DNA of 44,321 nucleotides from Candidatus Aminicenantales bacterium (GCA_049512315.1 JBEKXF010000027.1:1-44321), one strand, 5' to 3'; shown: positions 25,669 through 36,131, counted from the stretch's first letter. The notes: generated by a model not told the origin, from the letters alone. Numbers and translations: made by a program.

Positions 25669-27440
25669 TTCCTGAAGACTGCCATCTCGGCGAGGCCAAC
25701 GTTGGCCGTTTCCCTGGAAACCGAATCAACGACGAACACCACCCAAGTGACGGACTTAGGAGCGAAGCTCAGCTCCTTGCAGGATCTCGCATCGTTGGGA
25801 AGCTCGCCCACGCGGACGGTGCTCCCATCGCTGAAAAGCAGCATGCCCGAGGTGATGTGGTCGGTCGGATTCGGCCGGTCAAAAAGCCAGACCCGTCGCA
25901 CGGTCTGTGGCGAATCCCAGCTGAGACGGATCATGGCCGTCTCCCGCTCGCCGCCGCTCACCCATTCACGCGCGTTAATCCCGGTATTCAGGTCGACGAT
26001 TCCGTCGACGGCCCCCTCACCAAAATATTCAATCAACTCAGTGAAAGGCCTGCTATTCTTGTGGGCCGACGAAACATTGACTCTGGCCCGGAGGGCGATA
26101 TTGTTCTCGCTCTTGAGCGGATCCTCCGGCGGCTGATCGCTCCCCGCCGGGCCGGACATCTCCCTGGTCCCGTCCAGGAGTTTGACCTCCTGGAGAGTCC
26201 AGGCGTAGCGGCTGCCCATCGGATCGGCCGCCGTCCGGTTGCCGAAGTAGGCCTTGTGGAAGTTCGCGGAGTAGGACAGCCACGCCATCCTGCCGTCGGC
26301 GCTGATGAACTTCGACGGGAAGTACAGGAAGTAGCCTTGCCGGCCAAACTTGTTCATGTATGTGACCATCCTGTAGGGTCCCGTGATCTCGTCCGCTTCC
26401 AGGATGTAGGAGTTCATGTCCCTGACGCCCGGCCAGCCGTCGGTGACGCACATCAGATATTTATGGAGCGGGGCGTTATAGGTTATCGTCGCGCAGCCCA
26501 TGTGGTCGTCCCAGGTCAGGAGCGGCCGGATGTCTGTAAAATTCCGGGACCAGACGGGACGCCCGTCGGTCCCCCGGCCAGCGAAAAATTCGTAGGCCCT
26601 GAGGTCATTGATGTTTTTCGGACAGGGGATCACGCGCGCGAGGTAGACGCCGTCGCCGGCGATCCAACTGTTCCCGGCGATGCGCGGCGTTGGGTCCGCC
26701 TCAAGGGCGCCGTGGCCGACGAGATAGGCCTTCCCGTCGGGGGAATGCTCCAGGTTGCGTCCGAAGTCCACGAAATGGGGCGTCCCCATCTTGACCTGAC
26801 GGCCGTCCTTCCCCGATTCCGGGAAGAGCGGCTTTTCGGGCAAAAGCGGGCTCGGGATCCAGGTTTTCCCGTAGTCCAATGAAATCCGGAATCCTGGGAC
26901 CGGGCCGCAGATGGCCCAGCTGTAGAGGTCCCGGTATTCCGGCTTGGACAGGTCGAAGTCGACGCAGTACGTCCCGTAATACCAGACACCGTTGTGCACG
27001 AGGTTGGCGCTGGGATAGCGGCCGCCGTACGGAAGGGCCGAGGCCGGTTCTGACCCGAGAGAAGTAATCGTCAGGTTCAAGGGATCGTCGCCGACGATTT
27101 TGGCGTTGCCTGTGCGAGCCTTCGCCCCGCCGCTTGAGTGGCAGGACTCCTCGCCGATCTCACCGTCAGTCCAGCCGCTGTACATGTTGCCGTTGGATGC
27201 CCAGGACGGATACCAAGTATCGGCATCCGTGTACGTTGCGGATTTGTGGGTGAAGGCGATACCCCGGATGTCCCGGGAGGGTTCGAAGGGACAGCCGGGC
27301 GGCGGTTCGGATTTCCAAACCCGCGGCGGCCACGGCTGGGAGGTGTAGGCGACGGTCCTCTCGGTGACCCTCCGCGAGCATCCGGCGAGGGCGAAAATGA
27401 TCAGGCCGGGAACAAACGGAATCAGGAAACGTTTCATCAT
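25665..27440 (-). CDS. lipoprotein with a DUF4185-like beta-propeller and a C-terminal discoidin-like domain
   Basis: Lipobox LAGC; ADTWYPSWA..YSGWTDG, YLARV, YNAPLHKY, ITGPY, GYFLYFPSKFIS; C-terminal NIALRARV..AVDG..LFDRPN..GLAEM. Confidence 0.65.
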   Translation of the reverse strand: MMKRFLIPFVPGLIIFALAGCSRRVTERTVAYTSQPWPPRVWKSEPPPGCPFEPSRDIRGIAFTHKSATYTDADTWYPSWASNGNMYSGWTDGEIGEESCHSSGGAKARTGNAKIVGDDPLNLTITSLGSEPASALPYGGRYPSANLVHNGVWYYGTYCVDFDLSKPEYRDLYSWAICGPVPGFRISLDYGKTWIPSPLLPEKPLFPESGKDGRQVKMGTPHFVDFGRNLEHSPDGKAYLVGHGALEADPTPRIAGNSWIAGDGVYLARVIPCPKNINDLRAYEFFAGRGTDGRPVWSRNFTDIRPLLTWDDHMGCATITYNAPLHKYLMCVTDGWPGVRDMNSYILEADEITGPYRMVTYMNKFGRQGYFLYFPSKFISADGRMAWLSYSANFHKAYFGNRTAADPMGSRYAWTLQEVKLLDGTREMSGPAGSDQPPEDPLKSENNIALRARVNVSSAHKNSRPFTELIEYFGEGAVDGIVDLNTGINAREWVSGGERETAMIRLSWDSPQTVRRVWLFDRPNPTDHITSGMLLFSDGSTVRVGELPNDARSCKELSFAPKSVTWVVFVVDSVSRETANVGLAEMAVFRN

Positions 27441-27486
27441 GTCTCCTCTGGTGCGCCCCTCAGCATATCGCGATATCACACCGGCC

Positions 27487-29943
27487 TTACTTTGTCTCCG
27501 GGGTCAGCTCGTACGCCGTCCCCGGCGCCGTTTTGAATTCCCAAACGTCTTTTTCCGGTTTCGTCACCGGGACGATCTTTCCCCCGGACGTGACCTTCAG
27601 CGCTCTGGCTGAGCGGATGCGGCAGGTGTTCCCATTTTTTGAGAAAACCGTGGCCTGCCCGAGCCGGCCCGCCGTCCAGCGCAGGCCGACCTCGAAACCG
27701 CCCCGGGTGCAAAGCCCCTTGACCTCGCCTTCTTTCCAGGTTTCGGGAAGGGCCGGCAGGAAACTCAATTCGTCCTCGTGCGACTGGAGAATCATCTCCG
27801 CCACGGCCGCGGCCATGCCGAACGCGCCGTCCACCTGCATGGCGCCGGAGCAAATCGAAAACAGGCTCTGGGTCGTATACTTGCGCATGGCGAAGGCGAA
27901 ATTCTCCATGGCCTTAGCGCCGTTCCCGAGCCGCGCCCAGCAGCCCGCCTTCCAGGCCGAGGACCAGCCGTTCCCTAGCAATCCGCGCTGCTCGAGGACG
28001 ACCTTGCTCCCTTCGGCCAATGCCGGAGTGAGGCGGGCCGAGATTTGGTGTCCGGGGAAAAGGCCCCAGAGGCCGGAGATGTGGCGGTGGCTCTTTTCCG
28101 CTTCGTCCCAGTCCTCGATCCATTCCTGGAGGTTGCCCTTCCGGCCGATCCGCATCGGGGCTAGCCTGGCTTTCGCCGCCAGCGCCCGGGCCCTGAATTC
28201 CGGGTCCACGCCCAGAACGGCGGCGGCCTTGGCCGCGTATCCAAAGAGGTCGTTCAGGATCTGCATGTCGATCGTGGACCCCGCGCAAATCGACGTCGTC
28301 GTCCTGAAGGTAGTGATCTCGTCGAAAAATGGGACCTGGCCGGGGACGGCCGGGAAATTCTCGGGCGACGTCGAGGGGTTCGTCACGAGCCAGCCGTACT
28401 TCGGATGGGGGACCAGGAAATCGAGGAAGAACTCGACGCTGCCTTTCATGACGGGGTAATACGTCTTTAGGAATTCCCTGTCTCCCGTGAACAGGAAGTG
28501 TTCCCAGAGGTGGGTGCAGAGCCACGCGCCGCCCGTCGTGAAGGTGCCCCAGCTCGGCCCGTCCATCGGGGCGGCCACGCGCCAGAGGTCGGTATTCTGG
28601 TGGAAGACCCAGCCGCGGGCGCCGTAATGTTCCCGGGCCACCTGGCTGCCCTGATCGGTCAGTTCCCCGATCATCCGGAAAAGAGGCTCGGCGCATTCGC
28701 TCAGGTTGCCGACTTCGGCCGGCCAGTAGTTCATTTCGGTGTTGATGTTGGTCGTATATTTCGAATCCCACATTGGATTCTGGTCTTTGTTCCAGATGCC
28801 CTGGAGGTTGGCCGGCTGCGTGCCCGGCCTGGAAGACGAGACGAGGAGGTAGCGGCCGAACTGAAAGACCAGGGCCGCGAGCGCCGGGTCGTTCATGCCA
28901 TCGGCGTTCTTCAGGCGCTCGTCGGTCGGGAGCGCCGAACCGGAGGTCGCAGGCAGGTCCAGGGAAACGCGCCGGAAAAGCCTCTGATGTTCTTTGACGT
29001 GGGCGGCCTGGATCGCGTCGAACGTCTTGCCGGCGACCGCCTTCATGACGGCATCGACCCGGGCGGCCGGGTTTCCGCTGACGTCCTTATAACTCACGAA
29101 ATTCGTGGCCGCGGCGATGAGCAGGGTGACGGCATCGGCATTTTTGATGCTCAATTCGTCCCAGTCAACGCGGAGCGCCCCGCCCTCGGGGACGGCCTTG
29201 AGGCGGGCCTCATAGCGTAGCTTTCCCTCGACGCCCATGTAATCCGCGGATTTTCCCCGGACGACGAGGCCGTCCGGACCGTCACCGTCCATCCGGAAAT
29301 AATCGGTCGCATAGTTGGAATGGGTTTCGTTCCGGTAGCCCCGCAGTTGCGCCGTGAAGGAGATCGAGCCGGGCCTGTCGGCGGTGAGGCGGACGACGAC
29401 GACCTGGTCGACGGGGCTCGAAAAGACTTCCCGGGTGTACCGGATGCCGTTCCGCTCGTAGTTCGTGGTCACGATGGCCGTGTCCAAATCGAGCGCACGG
29501 CGGTAGTTCGCGGCCGGGCCCTTGTCGTGGAAGTCCATGACCAGGTCCGCCAGGGCCTGGAACTTCATCTGCTCGACCGGGTAGCCCATGAGGTTCCGGC
29601 CGAACAGGATGTGAGCCATCTTATAATTCCCCTCGAAGACGAGCTTCTGGATCTCGGGCAGGACTTTGGCGCCGCCCTTCACCACCGTCGAATAGGGCCC
29701 GCCGGACCAATAGGTCTCTTCGTTGAGCTGGACCTGCTCCTCGTCGGTCTTCCCGAAGACCATGGCCCCGAGACGGCCATTGCCGACGGGATAGGCGTTC
29801 TCCCACTTGTCCGCGGGGTGTGTCGACCAGATCACGGTCGCGGGATTTGGAGCGGGCTTGTCGCTCTGCGAGGCGAAGGCGGCCGCCGTCACGGCGGCCA
29901 TGATGACGGCGGCAACCAGAAGCCAGGCGGCTTCTCTCGTCAT
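27487..29943 (-). CDS. GH95 alpha-L-fucosidase
   Basis: PVGNGRLGAMVFG, QLNEET, FGRYLLVSSSRPG..PANLQGIW, YTTNINTEMNYW, SPEN, HRHIS, QVDG; ATG at 29943 behind GGAGGAGG. Confidence 0.93.
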   Translation of the reverse strand: MTREAAWLLVAAVIMAAVTAAAFASQSDKPAPNPATVIWSTHPADKWENAYPVGNGRLGAMVFGKTDEEQVQLNEETYWSGGPYSTVVKGGAKVLPEIQKLVFEGNYKMAHILFGRNLMGYPVEQMKFQALADLVMDFHDKGPAANYRRALDLDTAIVTTNYERNGIRYTREVFSSPVDQVVVVRLTADRPGSISFTAQLRGYRNETHSNYATDYFRMDGDGPDGLVVRGKSADYMGVEGKLRYEARLKAVPEGGALRVDWDELSIKNADAVTLLIAAATNFVSYKDVSGNPAARVDAVMKAVAGKTFDAIQAAHVKEHQRLFRRVSLDLPATSGSALPTDERLKNADGMNDPALAALVFQFGRYLLVSSSRPGTQPANLQGIWNKDQNPMWDSKYTTNINTEMNYWPAEVGNLSECAEPLFRMIGELTDQGSQVAREHYGARGWVFHQNTDLWRVAAPMDGPSWGTFTTGGAWLCTHLWEHFLFTGDREFLKTYYPVMKGSVEFFLDFLVPHPKYGWLVTNPSTSPENFPAVPGQVPFFDEITTFRTTTSICAGSTIDMQILNDLFGYAAKAAAVLGVDPEFRARALAAKARLAPMRIGRKGNLQEWIEDWDEAEKSHRHISGLWGLFPGHQISARLTPALAEGSKVVLEQRGLLGNGWSSAWKAGCWARLGNGAKAMENFAFAMRKYTTQSLFSICSGAMQVDGAFGMAAAVAEMILQSHEDELSFLPALPETWKEGEVKGLCTRGGFEVGLRWTAGRLGQATVFSKNGNTCRIRSARALKVTSGGKIVPVTKPEKDVWEFKTAPGTAYELTPETK

Positions 29944-29975
29944 GATTCCTCCTCCCCGGTCCGACTCGGGCATGA

Positions 29976-32480
29976 TCAACGCCCGCCGAGCTCGAGCTCG
30001 ACCAGAACTTCCTGGCCGGCCGGGAGCGACACCTTGCGTCCCCTGGGATCACGAAGATTCTGGACCGCGGCCCGGCCTTTTTTCACGGCGATGGTCTTGA
30101 TCTCCCCGGGCGCGAAGAGCAAAATGTCCTGAGCCCTGGCCGCTTTGAACACGGCCTGGATCGTCCCGCCGTTCCACGTCAGGCGCGTGATTTCGATCTG
30201 GCCGCGGCATAGGACGCCTTCGATCGTCCCGGACGGCCAAGCCGCCGGACACGCCGGAAACAACCGGACGACTCCGGGCTCTGAAGCCACGAGCATCTTG
30301 ATGAGGACGGCCGGCAGGCCCCCGCTGATGTCCGTGTTGAACAGCTTTTTGGCATTGTGCATGGACGCCAGATTATGCAGCCAATACCGGTTGAGGAGCG
30401 GCACCAGGCAACGATAAGCCAGGTCCGCTTCTCCCAGGCTGGCCGACGCCTGCCCGAGCTGCACCAGGCCGAAGGACATGAACCCACCCTGTTTCTCCCA
30501 GTTGCTCCAGTGGCGCTCGAGCTTGAGCTCGATGAGCCGCTTGAAAGCGGCCTTGAGCTTCGGGTTCTTCGCGATCTCCTCCGGCATCCCGTCAAACAGG
30601 GCATAGAGTTGGGAATTGTGCCGGTGATTGTAATTGTCCGCGAGCTTGGGCGTCAGCCATTCCCGGACGGCGCCGTCCTCGTTGATCAGGTACTCCGGCA
30701 TCCTGGCCAGCATTTTTTCCCAAAGGGGGATCTTGTCCTTGTTGACGTTCAGCTCCCGGGAGGCGGCGATCGTATTCCGGAGCAGTTCCTTGGCCGCCGC
30801 CACGTCCATGGTGGCATTGAAGGTCGTCTGGGACCCTGTGTTGCTCGGGGCGTTCTCGGGCGACTGCGTGGGGCTGAACACGTATTTCCCGTCCGGGCCT
30901 TCGGTGAGATAGTCCTCGAAGAACAGGGCCGCTTTTTCCATGAAGGGCAGGGCATGTTCGGCTAGGAACTTCCGGTCGCCCGTGTAGAGCCAATAGTCGT
31001 AAAAAAAATGGGCCGCCCAGGAGGCGCCGGCGACCCAGAACTGTCCGGGGAAATCCGCTTCGAACGCGTTGTTGTAGCCGTTCGTGGTCGACCGTGACGG
31101 CAGAGCGATCCCCCGCGCCCCGAAGATCATCTTCGCGTTGACCTCGAGATACGGGACCAGTCCCTCCATATAGGACGTATAGGCCAGAAGGAGTTCGGGC
31201 GTGTTCCCCATGAGCATGCTGGCCAGGGCCGAAGGGACGTTCCCGTTGTGGGTGAAATCACTGGACCAGGGCGGGTCGTAGGTCCCGGCCCAGACGCCCT
31301 GGAGGGTCGGTGGCAGATCGCCCGTGCTGGAGATGATATTGTAGCGGCCGGCGTCGAAGACCTTTTCCAGGAGCGCCCTCGAGGGCTCGGCGTCGGTCGA
31401 CTTGGCCAGCAGCTGCTCCGACGTCAAGCCGCGGTCCGGGCCGCCACCAAGGTCGAGCCGCATGCGCCGGAACATCTCCCCGTGGATTTTCTCGTGTCTC
31501 TGCAGAAGCTCGCTATAAACCGGGGGTAAGCCGGCCAGGGCCCGTTTCGTCGCTTCGATCATGGATTTTTCGAAGTCGTCGAGCACCTTGATATCGACGA
31601 AAATAAGCACTTCGTCCGCGCCCGTGACTACCAAGGCCGGTCCGTCCGTCATCGTCGTGCCGTTCTTGGCAATGACCCGCGCGACGCCTTCCAACGCCTG
31701 GATGCTTCCGGGATACGCGTGGGTGAAGCCGTTGCGATACGTCAGGGTGGACGCGTCGGTGGTCATGGCCAGGTTAGTGACGTTCGCCCTGAACCTCTCG
31801 TTCTTGGGCTCCCGGGGGGTGAGCTCCAGCCGGCAGTTCACCCGGCCCGGTCCGGGCCCGATGATCTGCATCAGGGCGATCCCGTCGGCGCGGGAGACGA
31901 AGAGCCGGCGCTCGAACGGCCCCCGATCATCGGACCAGTAGACGAGCGTCTCGCCCGTCTCAAAGTTCGTCGAGCGCAGATAATTCGTGACGGCGCCTTC
32001 CGCGGCCATCTTGACCCTGAGGTCAAAAGCGGGCATGAGCGGGTCGGGGTAGAGGAATCCCTTCTGTTCGGCGAAATCTTCCGCCAGCTGCCCCGCCTGC
32101 GCGTAAAGCCCGCGGTCGATGAGGCGGCGGATCTCGAACAGCCGAGTGGCGGTCGCCGGCGGCAGGAGCGGGACGCGCTCAGGGACGAACAGATGCTTGT
32201 GGCTGAAAACGACGATATCATCGAGGGCCCGCCCGAGGACGCTAGCCCCGATCGTCCCGTTGCCGCTGAGCAAGCCCTGCTCCCAGGTCAGGCCGGGTTC
32301 GGAGCTGATGAATCCGCGCTCGGGGACAGGCAGTTTCGTTGAGGCCTGAGCTGGGGGCTCCGAAGGATCGGTGGCACGGCGCGCGGAACCGACCGCCGGG
32401 CTGAAGGCCGAAAAGATGACGAGGAGCGCCGCAGCGCCGTAGATCGCTTTTTTCACGGACGGTTTGTTCATGAGCCTCAT
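29976..32480 (-). CDS. GH95-like glycoside hydrolase (divergent)
   Basis: LLSGNGTIGA, AGRYNIISS..PPTLQGVW, DFTHNGN, SPEN, HRHNSQLY, FNTD; signal peptide. Confidence 0.85.
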   Translation of the reverse strand: MRLMNKPSVKKAIYGAAALLVIFSAFSPAVGSARRATDPSEPPAQASTKLPVPERGFISSEPGLTWEQGLLSGNGTIGASVLGRALDDIVVFSHKHLFVPERVPLLPPATATRLFEIRRLIDRGLYAQAGQLAEDFAEQKGFLYPDPLMPAFDLRVKMAAEGAVTNYLRSTNFETGETLVYWSDDRGPFERRLFVSRADGIALMQIIGPGPGRVNCRLELTPREPKNERFRANVTNLAMTTDASTLTYRNGFTHAYPGSIQALEGVARVIAKNGTTMTDGPALVVTGADEVLIFVDIKVLDDFEKSMIEATKRALAGLPPVYSELLQRHEKIHGEMFRRMRLDLGGGPDRGLTSEQLLAKSTDAEPSRALLEKVFDAGRYNIISSTGDLPPTLQGVWAGTYDPPWSSDFTHNGNVPSALASMLMGNTPELLLAYTSYMEGLVPYLEVNAKMIFGARGIALPSRSTTNGYNNAFEADFPGQFWVAGASWAAHFFYDYWLYTGDRKFLAEHALPFMEKAALFFEDYLTEGPDGKYVFSPTQSPENAPSNTGSQTTFNATMDVAAAKELLRNTIAASRELNVNKDKIPLWEKMLARMPEYLINEDGAVREWLTPKLADNYNHRHNSQLYALFDGMPEEIAKNPKLKAAFKRLIELKLERHWSNWEKQGGFMSFGLVQLGQASASLGEADLAYRCLVPLLNRYWLHNLASMHNAKKLFNTDISGGLPAVLIKMLVASEPGVVRLFPACPAAWPSGTIEGVLCRGQIEITRLTWNGGTIQAVFKAARAQDILLFAPGEIKTIAVKKGRAAVQNLRDPRGRKVSLPAGQEVLVELELGGR

Positions 32481-33484
32481 CTCCCTTTCTGTTTGCCGCT
32501 ATAAATTTCCCGGACCCGGTCGACGACGATCGCCAGCAGGATGAGCAGGCCGAGAAACGAGTTGGCGTAATAGGGGTTCGCCTTGACCTCGACCAGCCCG
32601 TGTTTGATGAGCATGAAAATGGACGACCCCATGAAGATCCCGAGCGCGGAGATGATCCCGCCGTTGAGCCCTGTCCCGCCGATGATGGCTACGGCGAACG
32701 ATATGATCAGCCAATCGTCGCCGGTTTCGGGGGCGGCCGAGCCGAGCTTAGACGCCCACAGGACGGCCGCCAGCGCCGCGATGGCCCCGGACAGGACGTG
32801 GGCCGAGACGACCATGCGGTCCGTGTGGATCCCGGACAGCCGGGCCGCGGCCGCGTTGCCGCCCGTGGCCAGCATGCGGCGGCCGAAGACCGTGTTCCTG
32901 TACATGAATCCGATGAGCCCCAGCAGAAGGGCCACAAGGATGAAAACGAACGGGACCCCCCAGAGGGTCTTCTGGCCGATGACGCTGAACGACTCTGGGA
33001 CTTTGTAGGGCGATCCGCCCGAGATGCCCGAGCGCAAACCCATGAAGATGAACATCATCGACAGCGTGACGATGAACGAATCGATCCGTAGGCGGGTGAT
33101 GATCAGGCCGTTGAGCCAGCCGGCCAGAACGCCGACGCCCAGGGCCAGGGCCACGGCCAGGCCCGCCGGGAGGCCCCAGGTGTCGAGTCCCAGGCCGAGA
33201 ACAACGGTGGCGATGCTGCCGATCGCTCCGACCGCCAGGCTCATCTGGCCCACGACAAGGCAAAAGGCCTGCGACAAAGCGATCAGGACATAGAACGCCA
33301 TCTGGCGCGAAATAACGAACATGGTGTAGCTGCTGAGGAAGCTTTGGGAACGAAGCGCCAGGATCGCGAAGAGGACGACGGTCGAGATGACCAGCCCGAG
33401 GGTCCGGCCGCTTATCCTTTCCCGCCGGTCGACCCCCGCCCCGGTTTTCGCTCCGCCGTTCTCTGCCGTGGTCTTCGTTGCCAT
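32477..33484 (-). CDS. monosaccharide ABC transporter permease (RbsC-like, CUT2)
   Basis: Polytopic; DSFIVTL, GR..ATGGNAAAARLSGI, IIGGTGLNGG; alternative GTG start at 33502. Confidence 0.92.
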   Translation of the reverse strand: MATKTTAENGGAKTGAGVDRRERISGRTLGLVISTVVLFAILALRSQSFLSSYTMFVISRQMAFYVLIALSQAFCLVVGQMSLAVGAIGSIATVVLGLGLDTWGLPAGLAVALALGVGVLAGWLNGLIITRLRIDSFIVTLSMMFIFMGLRSGISGGSPYKVPESFSVIGQKTLWGVPFVFILVALLLGLIGFMYRNTVFGRRMLATGGNAAAARLSGIHTDRMVVSAHVLSGAIAALAAVLWASKLGSAAPETGDDWLIISFAVAIIGGTGLNGGIISALGIFMGSSIFMLIKHGLVEVKANPYYANSFLGLLILLAIVVDRVREIYSGKQKGR

Positions 33485-33498
33485 GATCGTGTCCTTCC

Positions 33499-35007
33499 TC
33501 ACTGCAAGTACCGGCCGATGGCCGCACTGACCTGTCCGTAGGTCTTGGTCTCGTCATCCACGTCCTCAATCACGCCGACGACCCGGCGGTTCTTGAAGAC
33601 GAGGATCCGGCTGGCGATCTTGATGACCTCCGCCATGTCCGAGGAGATGAGGATGACCGCCTTCCGCCCGTTCTTCGCCAGGTCCCAGATGAGCTGGTGG
33701 ATCTGCTCCTTGGCCCCGATGTCCACGCCGACAGTCGGCTCGTCGATGATCAGGATGTCGCAATCGGCGGCCAGCCACTTCGAGATGCAGATCTTCTGCT
33801 GGTTGCCGCCGCTCAGGTCCTCGGTCTTCTGGTTGGGCCCGGTCGTCCGGATGTCCAGGGCCCGGATCATGCGCCGCGTCAGGGCTAACTCCCCGGCCCG
33901 GCTGATGGCCCGCGTCAGCCGGCTGCGGAGACGGGGCCAGACGGTGATCGTGACGTTGGTCGTGACGGGCGACTGGAGAAACAGGCCTTCCTCCTTGCGG
34001 TTCTCCGTGACGTAGCCGATGCGGTAGCGCTCCAGGCTGTCCGCGACGCTCTGGATGCGGGCCTTCTCGCCCCGGACATAGACCGCGCCACGGTCGAGCC
34101 GGTCCTCGCCGATCAGGACGCGGGCCAACTCGGTGCGGCCCGCCCCGACCAGACCGTAGAAACCGAGAATCTCGCCTTCGTAAAGGGTGAAGCTGACGTT
34201 ATCGACCTTGCCCTCGCGGACCACGTTCTCGGCCCGCAGCATTTCGCGGTCCTGGTTGACGTCGAGCGGGCCCAGATGGGCCTCTACGATCTCCCGTCCG
34301 ATCATCATCCGGACGAGTTCCCCCGGTTCGAGGCCGGCGATCCGCCGCGTGCCGACGTGGCGGCCGTCACGGAGCACGCTGACCGTATCGCACAGGGCGA
34401 ACACTTCTTCAACTTTGTGGGAAACGAAGATGATCGTAACGCCCCGGCCGCGGAGGTCCCGGAGGATGGAGAACAGATTGCCCGTCTCGTGTTCGGTTAG
34501 CGAGCTCGTCGGCTCGTCCAGAAAAAGGACGCGGGCATCGGCGGCCAGCGCCTTGGCGATCTGAACGAGCTGCTTGTGGGCGGCGCTCAGGTTCTTGATC
34601 ACGGCGTCCAGGGGGAGGGCCAGCCCAACCAGGTCGAGATATCTCCTGGCGACGCTTTCGACGGCCTTCCAATCGATAATCCCTGTCCGCCCGTACGTCA
34701 CGAGTTTGTCAAGCATGATGTTCTCGGCGACGGTGCTTTCGGGGATGATCTGGATCTCCTGGTTGACGACGTCGATGCCGCGGGCCAGGCTGTCGCGGTA
34801 GTCGCGGAAGCAGAGGCGCTCCCCCTCATAAAGAACTTCGCCTTCGTCGGGCTGCTCGATCCCGGTGGCGACCTTGATGAGCGTGCTCTTCCCGGCACCG
34901 TTCTCGCCGACGACGGCGTGGATCTCTCCGGGTTCGAACCTCAGGCTGATGCCATCGAGCGCCTGGACGCCCGGGAAGCGCTTGCGGATGCCCCTGAGTT
35001 CGAGCAT
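33499..35007 (-). CDS. monosaccharide ABC transporter ATP-binding protein (RbsA-like, double ABC)
   Basis: GENGAGKSTL, DEPT twice, LSGGNQQK. Confidence 0.95.
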   Translation of the reverse strand: MLELRGIRKRFPGVQALDGISLRFEPGEIHAVVGENGAGKSTLIKVATGIEQPDEGEVLYEGERLCFRDYRDSLARGIDVVNQEIQIIPESTVAENIMLDKLVTYGRTGIIDWKAVESVARRYLDLVGLALPLDAVIKNLSAAHKQLVQIAKALAADARVLFLDEPTSSLTEHETGNLFSILRDLRGRGVTIIFVSHKVEEVFALCDTVSVLRDGRHVGTRRIAGLEPGELVRMMIGREIVEAHLGPLDVNQDREMLRAENVVREGKVDNVSFTLYEGEILGFYGLVGAGRTELARVLIGEDRLDRGAVYVRGEKARIQSVADSLERYRIGYVTENRKEEGLFLQSPVTTNVTITVWPRLRSRLTRAISRAGELALTRRMIRALDIRTTGPNQKTEDLSGGNQQKICISKWLAADCDILIIDEPTVGVDIGAKEQIHQLIWDLAKNGRKAVILISSDMAEVIKIASRILVFKNRRVVGVIEDVDDETKTYGQVSAAIGRYLQ

Positions 35008-35022
35008 GGATTGGCGGCGTTC

Positions 35023-36039
35023 CTATTTCGGCGGTTGGAGATACTTCGTCTGGAGCTCGGCGGCGATGCCATCGGTGATCTTCCGGACCTCGATGGCGTA
35101 CGTGTCGATATTGTCCTTTGTGACAATGACGATTCCCGCGTTGATGAACTGGTAGGGGACTTTGGGCGTCCACCCGTCGAGCATCAGCCCGAGCAGTCGG
35201 GCCGAGAGGTAACCGTGTCCGGGCGGATTCTGGGCGATCGTGGCGTCGATGAAGCCGTCGCGGATCGCCTGGAGCACGGTCGGGCCGGTGTCGATCCCGA
35301 TGAAGCGGATCCGCTTGTGCCGGGGATCGCGGTGCCATTCGGTCAAAACGGACGCGGCGGCGATGGTCGGGTTGTAGCCCGTGGTGATGATGCCGTCGAT
35401 CTCGTCCATCCGGGCCGCGAGGGCGCTTTGGATCTTGGTGACGGCTTCGCTGACCTGGGTCATGTCCGAAATCGTCTGGACGATTTCCACGCCGGGATGC
35501 CGGGCCACGACCTCTTGGATGCCTTCGTCGCGCTTCTTGGTGTTGATGTCCGTGACCATCTCGAGGACGTTGAGAATCCGGCCCCGGCCGCCCATGAGTT
35601 CGATGAGTTTCTCCGCGGCCGTTATGGCCGCCGCCTTGATATCGGTAGCCACAGTGAAGGGAACGGGCGTCGGCAGGTCCGGCTCCGCTCCATAGGCGAC
35701 CACGAGCTGGCCGCGGCCTTTCAATTGAGCGAAAAGGGCGTTGGCGCCGGCGGGGTCGCCGGGATAGACGCTGAAGGCCCTGTATCCCTTGGTGGACAGG
35801 GCCTCGACGTTGACATTCTCGTTGTCCTGGGTCCACTGCTGGCCGACGACCTTGGCGGCCCGGGTGCCGGTTTCCCGTTCAAAGCGCTCGACGCCGCTCC
35901 GGACTTCGGTGACGTAGGGATGGGGCATCATGCCGTACCAACAGACAGGCTCAACCCCCACGTTTTTCTGTGTCAATTTGACCACGACGACCACGGCCGC
36001 CAAAACGACAACGGCGAGGATAAGGACCGTCTTTCTCAA
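35023..36039 (-). CDS. sugar ABC transporter substrate-binding protein (RbsB-like)
   Basis: HPY, VATD..A, KRDEG, IGID, DATIAQNP...GY, VTKDN; TTG start at 36039 behind GGAGG. Confidence 0.9.
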   Translation of the reverse strand: MRKTVLILAVVVLAAVVVVVKLTQKNVGVEPVCWYGMMPHPYVTEVRSGVERFERETGTRAAKVVGQQWTQDNENVNVEALSTKGYRAFSVYPGDPAGANALFAQLKGRGQLVVAYGAEPDLPTPVPFTVATDIKAAAITAAEKLIELMGGRGRILNVLEMVTDINTKKRDEGIQEVVARHPGVEIVQTISDMTQVSEAVTKIQSALAARMDEIDGIITTGYNPTIAAASVLTEWHRDPRHKRIRFIGIDTGPTVLQAIRDGFIDATIAQNPPGHGYLSARLLGLMLDGWTPKVPYQFINAGIVIVTKDNIDTYAIEVRKITDGIAAELQTKYLQPPK

Positions 36040-36122
36040 CGCGATTCCTCCCGATCCGCCGCCCACCGCGGATGCCGCCGGATCCGCGCGACGGATACCG
36101 GCCGAAGACTTAAGAATTTTTC

Positions 36123-36131
36123 ATTATAGCA
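36123..36131 (-). promoter_or_regulatory. extended -10 promoter upstream of the ABC operon
   Basis: Minus strand TG-C-TATAAT. Confidence 0.55.
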
